From: an uncultured Candidatus Binatia bacterium
Lineage (GTDB): Bacteria > Desulfobacterota > Binatia > Bin18
Length of the DNA: 64,000 bases
Direction: 5' to 3'
NCBI GenBank assembly: GCA_965204455.1
Contig: CBDBEO010000004.1
Span: 2,183,485-2,247,484 of the forward strand
The translations under genes and the position numbers were made by a program. Every line of letters starts with the position of its first letter. Positions within the stretch are counted from its first letter, which is position 1. Below are positions 58,119-64,000 of the stretch, one piece after another. Below the pieces are notes generated by a model. The model saw nothing but the letters and a program-made list of their open reading frames with translations, did no database searches and was not told where the DNA came from.

Positions 58119-60359
58119 TCAGCCTGCGGCGCGCAGGGCCTCAATCTGGCTGGGAGACAGGTAGGCGGCCAGGATTTCCGGGGCTGCCTCTTGGACGGCA
58201 GCGGGCGAGTCAAAGCCGGCCGCCACCAAGCTGCGCAGCGCTTCCCGGTCAAGGCCGGGCAGCTGGGCGCGGGCCAGGGCCAGGCCGTCCGGCCCGACGC
58301 CGAAACGCACGCAGTCGGCCAGGTCTTTGAGGTGCTCGGCTGCGGTCCAGCCCATCACCTCGGCCACCTCGTTGGCCGCATCGGCCAGCCAACCGATTTC
58401 GTCCGTCAGGGCTTTGATCGTCCCGGCGTAACACTGATAGCGACTTTCCAGGCCGGACAGGGCGTTGCCCTTGATCCATTCGCTCAGGAGCAGGGACAGT
58501 TTGGCCGAACGGACCTCTTTGCTGGTCGGCAGCATGCTGGCGTGCAGCAGCCGGCCGAGTTCCTCGCCGGGCGGCTGGCCGTCTTCAGGCAGCCGCTCAT
58601 TCAGCATGCTTTCATACACCCGGCTGCGGTGTTCGGTCGTGGACAGCGGCACGTACAGCCGTTTGCCGTCCGCAGTCAGGCTGAACAGATGCAGCAGCTC
58701 AAGCTCGGGCACGGCCCGGTCTCGGGCCTGGCTGAAAAAGCGGGCCAGCTTGACCGCTGTAGCGGCCTGAATGCCGCGCCGGGCGGCCACTTCTCCCAGG
58801 CTCGAGGCTTCCAGGCGGCCGTCCTCGCTGCGGTTGAGCAGCTGGGCTTGGACCAGGCTGTCGAGAATGGTGTCGAGCTCGTGGGCGGTCTCATCGGTCT
58901 GGGACGGCTTGGCGCCACGCCGCAGAAAACCCACATAGGTCAGTGCAAAGAAGGCCGCCACCTCATCACGCGTGGAGCACAGCTTGGAAGCGATCACGTT
59001 CAGCACCCGGTCGGCAAAACCGGCCTGGCCGGGAGCCAGAGTGAACTGTTCCTGTTCGCCCTGGATGTAGCCGTTCCACAGCAGGTCGGCCTGAAACTGG
59101 TTGACCGCGATGAGGATGGAGCGGCCGAACTCTTCCCGAAAACCCAGCCGTCCGGCGCGTCCGGAAATATTTTCGTACTCGGCCCACGATACCGGCATCT
59201 CGATAGGCGTGCCCGTCCGCTCGTCGGTCGCCCACTTCATCGGCTCGACAAACACGGTTGAAGCCGGCAGGTTGACGCCAAAAGCCAGGGTAGTGGTGCA
59301 GGCAATCACCCGCAGTTCTCCGCGCCGGTAGGCAGCCTCGACCACCCGGCGTTCCTCGGACGTGAGATCCGCGTGATGAAACGCCACCCCGCCGGCGAAA
59401 GCCGTTGTGAGCTGGGCTTTCAGCGCGGTTTCTTCACAGCCGTCAAGCTCGGCCAGGGCTGTCTGGGCGGGCGGTAGCTCGGCGCTGTTGGCCAGGGCCA
59501 AAGCGCACTGCACGGTGTCCCGCTTGGCTTTGAGGAAGATCAGGACCTGTTCGTCTTGCTGCACCAGATGGGTGACGGTGGTCAACAAGACCTCGGTCGG
59601 ATCCTCACTCTCGGTGTCAACAAAGTGCTCCTGGCCCTCTTCGCCGGTATTATAGGCTTTGTAGCGAAAGCTGCCGTTCAGCAGGACGCCGCGGTACAGT
59701 TCGACCGGCCGTTCGTCTTGCAGCAACAGATCGGCCTCCAGCCACTCGGCGATGGGTTCGGCCTCGCGCAAGACCGCGGACAGCCCCAACAGCTGCGGGC
59801 GCGGCTCACAGCCCAGGAGTTTGGCCAGACTCAGCTCCAGACCCGCCCCGCGTTCGGCATCGCCCAGCATTTGCAGCTCGTCGACCACGACCAGGGCAAC
59901 GCCGCGCAGCAGGTGGGGATGACGGACCAGGAGCTGAGACAGCTTTTCATACACCAGAACGGCCAGATGATAGTCGCCCTGTTCAATCGCCCGGTCGAAC
60001 TCGTGGCGGTCGCGGGTGGCAACCGCCACCTTGACCCCATACGCCCCGTAGCGGTCGCGGAAGGTCTGGTATTTCTCTTCGGCCAGGGCGCGCAGCGGGG
60101 TCAGGTACAAGACCCGTTTGCCGGCAAAGGTGGCCCGCATGGCGGCCATCTCGCCGACAAAGGTTTTGCCCGAAGAGGTCGGAGAGGAAATGATCAGGCT
60201 CTGGCCCTCAAACAGCCCGTAGCGTTGGACCGCAACCTCTTGGACGGGCAGCAGAAACTCGCCCTGCTGGTGTTCCCAAATCTCCAGCAGAGTGTCCGGC
60301 AGACCGTATTTGCGTAAGTCTCGAATCCGTCGCACCGACACGCCTCCAAACGCGGCCAT
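58119..60359 (-). CDS. Ski2/Hel308-like superfamily-2 DNA helicase (DEAD/DEAH box) with C-terminal HhH-like domain
   Basis: LLPVQEVAV...SLIISSPTSSGKTFVGEMAAM (motif I), VVVDELQMLGDAERGAGLE (motif II DExx), GLSAVL (III) and VFVEP...GRAGRLG (VI), in Hel308-like arrangement. Confidence 0.8.
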   Translation of the reverse strand: MAAFGGVSVRRIRDLRKYGLPDTLLEIWEHQQGEFLLPVQEVAVQRYGLFEGQSLIISSPTSSGKTFVGEMAAMRATFAGKRVLYLTPLRALAEEKYQTFRDRYGAYGVKVAVATRDRHEFDRAIEQGDYHLAVLVYEKLSQLLVRHPHLLRGVALVVVDELQMLGDAERGAGLELSLAKLLGCEPRPQLLGLSAVLREAEPIAEWLEADLLLQDERPVELYRGVLLNGSFRYKAYNTGEEGQEHFVDTESEDPTEVLLTTVTHLVQQDEQVLIFLKAKRDTVQCALALANSAELPPAQTALAELDGCEETALKAQLTTAFAGGVAFHHADLTSEERRVVEAAYRRGELRVIACTTTLAFGVNLPASTVFVEPMKWATDERTGTPIEMPVSWAEYENISGRAGRLGFREEFGRSILIAVNQFQADLLWNGYIQGEQEQFTLAPGQAGFADRVLNVIASKLCSTRDEVAAFFALTYVGFLRRGAKPSQTDETAHELDTILDSLVQAQLLNRSEDGRLEASSLGEVAARRGIQAATAVKLARFFSQARDRAVPELELLHLFSLTADGKRLYVPLSTTEHRSRVYESMLNERLPEDGQPPGEELGRLLHASMLPTSKEVRSAKLSLLLSEWIKGNALSGLESRYQCYAGTIKALTDEIGWLADAANEVAEVMGWTAAEHLKDLADCVRFGVGPDGLALARAQLPGLDREALRSLVAAGFDSPAAVQEAAPEILAAYLSPSQIEALRAAG

Positions 60360-60434
60360 GTTACCAAGCGGCCGGGACGGAGAAAAGGGCGGGAGCCGGT
60401 GCGACGCGGATGAAGAGCGGGGCGGGCCGGTGTT

Positions 60435-60923
60435 TCAGTCCGAGTCCGAGCGCGCCGCCCGCAGCGTCCGTACATAGCCAGCGCTCCCGCCGCAGCTGAG
60501 GATGTCAATATACAGGTCCGACAGATCGCGAATCGGGTAGCGCGTCCCAGAGCTGAGGTCTTTGACGATGAGGTCGTTGACATCAATGCGGAGACGGTCG
60601 TGGGCTCGAATCTCGGCCGCCTCCCACAGGGTCAGTGGGGGCAGGCCGATAGTCAGGCAGACCCGGAAAAACGACCAGGCAAAGCGCGGAGCAATGACCG
60701 CCTGTATGCCGTGGCCTTGCAGAGCCTCGGCCGCCCGAGCCGGGTTGGGACCGTCTCCGACCGGGCCGGTCGCCAGCAGGATGGTGTCCTCGGCCGGCGC
60801 GGACTCGGCCAATCGGTTGAGGATATCTACGGCTGAGACCCCACCCGTCATAACCCAGGCTCGTCCGCTCAGAATAAGCTCGTCTGTGTCCACGCCTGAC
60901 CTCGCTGCTCGGGCGTGCAGCAT
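60435..60923 (-). CDS. LeuD-like / aconitase swivel-domain protein
   Basis: ...GRAWVMTGGVSAVDILNRL...IQAVIAPRFAWSFFRVCLTIGLPPL resembles 3-isopropylmalate dehydratase small-subunit fold. The upstream ORF extension is probably non-coding. Confidence 0.5.
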   Translation of the reverse strand: MLHARAARSGVDTDELILSGRAWVMTGGVSAVDILNRLAESAPAEDTILLATGPVGDGPNPARAAEALQGHGIQAVIAPRFAWSFFRVCLTIGLPPLTLWEAAEIRAHDRLRIDVNDLIVKDLSSGTRYPIRDLSDLYIDILSCGGSAGYVRTLRAARSDSD

Positions 60924-61041
60924 AGTGCCACGGACAGAGCTTGTCGAGGGCGGTCGGCTCGGCCTTGCAAACCCCGCTTGGATCGGCGAAAACGGGGAGG
61001 CCGACCCAGGGCAGGAGTTCGGCTCGCGAGGAGGGACGCGC

Positions 61042-62103
61042 ATGAAATTCGGACTTCACTACCAGCTGCCGTGTACGGGTACGCAGTCTCCGGTCCAGCG
61101 TTATCGGGATACCATTGAGCAGGCCGTCCACGCCGAGAGCCTGGGCTTTGAGTCGATCTGGCCGGTTGAGCAACACTTCAACCCCCAGCTGTCCATCATG
61201 CCCGCCCCCCTGTTGCTGTTGACGGCCGTGGCCGAGCGAACAACGACCCTGCGGCTGGGGATTGCGATTGTCCTGCTGCCGCTCTCGCACCCGCTACGGG
61301 TGGCTGAGGAAATTGCCGTTTTGGATGTGATCAGCAACGGCCGGGTCGAGTTTGGGATTGGGCGCGGCTCCATCCCCACCCACTTCAGCGGTTTTGGTAT
61401 CGACCAGAAAGAGAGCCGGGGGCGGATGATGGAGGCGCTCGACATGATCCGTCAGGCCTGGACCTCGGAACGGGTATCGTTTCACGGACAGTTCTACAGC
61501 GTGGACGATATTGCGGTCGTTCCCAAGCCGGTCCAGCAGCCCCACCCGCCCATCCGGGCGGCGGCCAACAGCCTGGACACGTTCGAGTTGATGGGCCGTC
61601 TGGGCTATCCCATCTTTGTGGCCTCGCAGGTGAATCCGTTTGCGAAAATGCGCGAACTGATTCCGGTCTACCACCAGGCACGGGCGGCGGCCGGTCACGC
61701 CGAGGCACGAGCCGAAGATATTTCCCTGCTCGGGCCGCTGTACGTGGCCGACAGCCAGGCTCAGGTCCGCGAGGAGCTGGAGCCCAGCATCCGGCGTTTT
61801 CTGCAATCGGTCGCCTCCATCTATTCTTCGCAGGGACAAGATCTGGGGCCCGAATCGAGCCGCATCAAAGAGGTCCTGGAGCGGGTACGGCGCATGACCT
61901 ACGACAAGGTTGCCGAGGTGATGGGCATCTTTGAAACGCCCCAGGCCTGCGTTGAGCGCCTGCAGGCGCTGCACGAAGAGTTTGGCATGGGCCGGATGAT
62001 CTGCTGGTTCAATCCCGGCGGGAGCGTGCCGCATAGCCAGGTGATGCGCAGTATGGAGCTGTTCGCGGCCAAGGTCATGCCGCATTTTCGGGATGACGCC
62101 TGA
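61042..62103 (+). CDS. LLM-class (luciferase-like) flavin-dependent oxidoreductase
   Basis: MKFGLHYQL...ESLGFESIWPVEQHF...RLGIAIVLLPLSHPLRVAEE LLM pattern. GAGGGA RBS. The long upstream extension of ORF 60562..62103 is a shadow. Confidence 0.8.
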   Translation: MKFGLHYQLPCTGTQSPVQRYRDTIEQAVHAESLGFESIWPVEQHFNPQLSIMPAPLLLLTAVAERTTTLRLGIAIVLLPLSHPLRVAEEIAVLDVISNGRVEFGIGRGSIPTHFSGFGIDQKESRGRMMEALDMIRQAWTSERVSFHGQFYSVDDIAVVPKPVQQPHPPIRAAANSLDTFELMGRLGYPIFVASQVNPFAKMRELIPVYHQARAAAGHAEARAEDISLLGPLYVADSQAQVREELEPSIRRFLQSVASIYSSQGQDLGPESSRIKEVLERVRRMTYDKVAEVMGIFETPQACVERLQALHEEFGMGRMICWFNPGGSVPHSQVMRSMELFAAKVMPHFRDDA

Positions 62104-62132
62104 GCCCCAACGGCCACACAAGGAGTCCGTCA

Positions 62133-62293
62133 TGTTTGATCTGCTCATCAAAAACGCGTGGATCGTCGATGGCAACGCAAGCCCGGGCTTTGCCGGGGAC
62201 GTGGCGGTCCGGGACGGGAAGATCGCCGCGATTGAACTCTGTATTGCTGACGAAGCCCGGCACACCGTGCAAGCTTGCCGGTTGGCTTCCTGA
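62133..62293 (+). pseudogene. N-terminal remnant of a D-aminoacylase/amidohydrolase-family gene, truncated at a compositional junction
   Basis: MFDLLIKNAWIVDGNASPGFAGDVAVRDGKIAAI matches the N-terminus of N-acyl-D-amino-acid deacylase-type amidohydrolases. The reading then runs into a stop where GC content drops. Confidence 0.5.
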
Positions 62294-62317
62294 CTCGTTA
62301 CAAATTGAGGTAGTCGA

Positions 62318-63931
62318 ATGGCGTTGAGTGTACGTCCCATCAGCCAAATTTTCCTTCATGTTGGTAGCGGCGGAGAAGCTGATCTATTCAAGAAGGTACG
62401 CAAAGTCATCCTCAAATGGATAGAGCCTCGCGCCGGTGCCGCTCTTTCTGCCAAAGCCTGGCAGGGGGACTCGTTTATGCTTGATGGAATTGGCACTCAG
62501 AGGACCGAAGCCGTCGTCCTCCCTGACAAGCGCTTGTGGGCAGCGCGTCTCGATGACGCGGATAAGAACGTGGCGCGGCGGAGCTGGGTGACCGAGGTTG
62601 TAATCCATGAAGAGCAGGACGGAACGGTGCGTTTGGGCTGCCGACTGCAATGCGTGATGCGCGATGCTGACGTTGCCTTCGAGCGATCTATACCGGGCTT
62701 TGTGTCCGATATTGTTCAGCACAACACAGTCAAACTCGACGGCAAGCCAATCTCGCTCGAACCGTGGTTCATCGACAGAAAGGATCAGGTTCAAGAACTT
62801 ATAAAGCTGCTTCGTGCCCCTCATCGGCGCGGTGATGTGATTGTTTTCTCACTGCCGGAAGACTCCACCAGTCAGGATGAAACGGCAGCATCGGCTCCAG
62901 AAGTTGCTCGACGTACCTCTGGCGCTGCGCATGTCGCGGTCATTAGCGGGCCGGCGGGTTATTATCTTTCAGACCTTGTTGGTGAAGGATTCTCTGTCTA
63001 TCGCCGGGCAATACGTACCTACCGCCCTGGCTTTGACCCGACCACGGACGAGCCGTTCTTACATCCCCGAAGGTTGGAGTCTCAAATTGCCGAATGGCAA
63101 GACGAAGGCCCAAAAGCGTATGAACGACTCTTGATCTCGCAGGCATTGCTGCGGTCCGTTTCTAGTCGTGACATTGAGCGGGAGCTGCCACCGTTTCCGG
63201 AACTGCGCCGTATAGCCGCCGACCTGGAGCGTAAGAAAGATCGACAAGAAGTCTCCTCTCAAGAAGACCTTCTTCAACTTGCGGAGAGTGAAATTCGAGA
63301 ACTGAGAGACGAACGTGCCAAGATGAAAGACGAATACAACGGGCTTCTCGTTGTTGCGGAACAAGAACGAGACTCGGCTCAGGAGGATTATGAGCGGGCC
63401 AGAAACAGAAACATCCATCTTCAGAATCGTGTACGACAGCTAGAACAGCAGCTAGCGCAGTCCAATCAATCAATGGAACCACCGATCCCCAACAACCTAG
63501 ACGGCTTTGAAAAATGGTGTCAAGAAAATCTCTCGGGCTCTGTGGAGCTCCACAATCGTGCGTTCACGGGCGTCAAGAAATCGCAATATGAAGATAAATC
63601 GTTGCTCTACAAGGCCCTTCTCCTACTGCGCGATTATTATGTGCCGATGCGCCGCGAGGGAGGAGACAAAAAAAAGGATGATTTCAAAAAAGCGTGCCAG
63701 AAACTCGGCATTGAGGAAGCGCAGGCAATTAGCGAAACCGGGAAAGGAGAAGAGGGAGACACCTATATTGTCCGTCACTCAGGCAAGAAGTGTGTTTTGA
63801 AACGTCACCTCAGAAAGGGGAATGCACACGACGAACGTTACTGCTTCCGATTGTATTTCTTTTGGGATGACGAGAATGAGTACGTTGTCGTTGGCTGGCT
63901 TCCCTCGCATCTTGATACGCGAGCGACGTAA
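62318..63931 (+). CDS. 537-aa protein of unknown family in a low-GC3 foreign segment; central coiled coil; C-terminal RelE/ParE-like motif
   Basis: GC3 ~55% versus ~85% for flanking genes. GAGGT RBS. Coiled coil ~aa 290-390. C-terminus ...YIVRHSGKKCVLKRHLRKGNAHDERYCFRLYFFWDDENEYVVVGWLPSHLDTR resembles the RelE/ParE core (YRIIY.VDDE...V.ILRIGHR). Confidence 0.7.
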   Translation: MALSVRPISQIFLHVGSGGEADLFKKVRKVILKWIEPRAGAALSAKAWQGDSFMLDGIGTQRTEAVVLPDKRLWAARLDDADKNVARRSWVTEVVIHEEQDGTVRLGCRLQCVMRDADVAFERSIPGFVSDIVQHNTVKLDGKPISLEPWFIDRKDQVQELIKLLRAPHRRGDVIVFSLPEDSTSQDETAASAPEVARRTSGAAHVAVISGPAGYYLSDLVGEGFSVYRRAIRTYRPGFDPTTDEPFLHPRRLESQIAEWQDEGPKAYERLLISQALLRSVSSRDIERELPPFPELRRIAADLERKKDRQEVSSQEDLLQLAESEIRELRDERAKMKDEYNGLLVVAEQERDSAQEDYERARNRNIHLQNRVRQLEQQLAQSNQSMEPPIPNNLDGFEKWCQENLSGSVELHNRAFTGVKKSQYEDKSLLYKALLLLRDYYVPMRREGGDKKKDDFKKACQKLGIEEAQAISETGKGEEGDTYIVRHSGKKCVLKRHLRKGNAHDERYCFRLYFFWDDENEYVVVGWLPSHLDTRAT

Positions 63932-64000
63932 ACTTCTATTACTGAGGCAGGGGAGCACCTGATTGTCGGTCATTCATTCGGTTTTCCTGAAGCCGGTCTT

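Noticed and set aside
57636-60317. 541-aa and 253-aa plus ORFs
   Set aside because: Antisense to the helicase and its partner. Shadow-like composition.
60583-62340. 235-aa and 348-aa minus ORFs, and the upstream 160 codons of plus ORF 60562..62103
   Set aside because: Antisense to or overlapping the LLM oxidoreductase and LeuD-like genes. The LLM gene has a clear RBS and Met at 61042.
1-64000. Looked for CRISPR arrays, rRNA, integrase or transposase genes and prophage modules
   Set aside because: No regular repeat-spacer arrays and no recognisable transposase or integrase ORFs in the window. The only mobile-looking DNA is the compositionally distinct 3' terminal segment.

Overview
High-GC (~65%, GC3 ~85%) Gram-negative chromosomal window, densely coding. 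The outer-membrane biogenesis genes (lolCD, bamA, skp, fabZ, lpxA, lpxI), two tungsten-type aldehyde:ferredoxin oxidoreductase (AOR) loci, a selB-selD selenium locus and a Myxococcus-type Cys-rich repeat suggest a deltaproteobacterial/Myxococcota-like anaerobe or facultative organism; this taxonomic placement is inference only.

Main blocks:
- A frameshifted amidase at the 5' end.
- An orphan higA-like antitoxin, a gluconolactonase-fold protein, and an aromatic hydroxylation pair (HpaB-family monooxygenase plus VOC proteins).
- A 1081-aa secreted plant-type LRR protein.
- Two AOR loci. One is an aorABCD-like set (FeS, AOR, FAD subunit, MoaD-like). The other is FeS, AOR and MoaD-like, with a rhodanese upstream.
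- A CoA-transferase / MaoC / luciferase-like monooxygenase (LLM) catabolic cluster, and LysR and RodZ-like regulators.
- glyS (alpha2 type) with a compositionally foreign segment, an orphan type IV pilin-like gene, and selB-selD. The ORF caller missed the in-frame UGA-Sec codon of selD.
- The lolCD-bamA-skp-fabZ-lpxA-lpxI cluster, which lacks lpxD.
- A 1.1-kaa YVTN beta-propeller surface protein, followed by tRNA-Ala(GGC).
- A Hel308/Ski2-like helicase operon with a 501-aa orphan partner.

The most unusual locus is at the 3' end (from ~62.29 kb). A low-GC3 foreign segment appears to truncate a D-aminoacylase-like gene. It encodes a 537-aa protein with no family I can recognise, a central coiled coil, and a C-terminal motif resembling the RelE/ParE toxin core. 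This may be a fused sensor-toxin defence or addiction-type element.

Many long antisense 'shadow' ORFs in the six-frame track were rejected using third-position GC bias.
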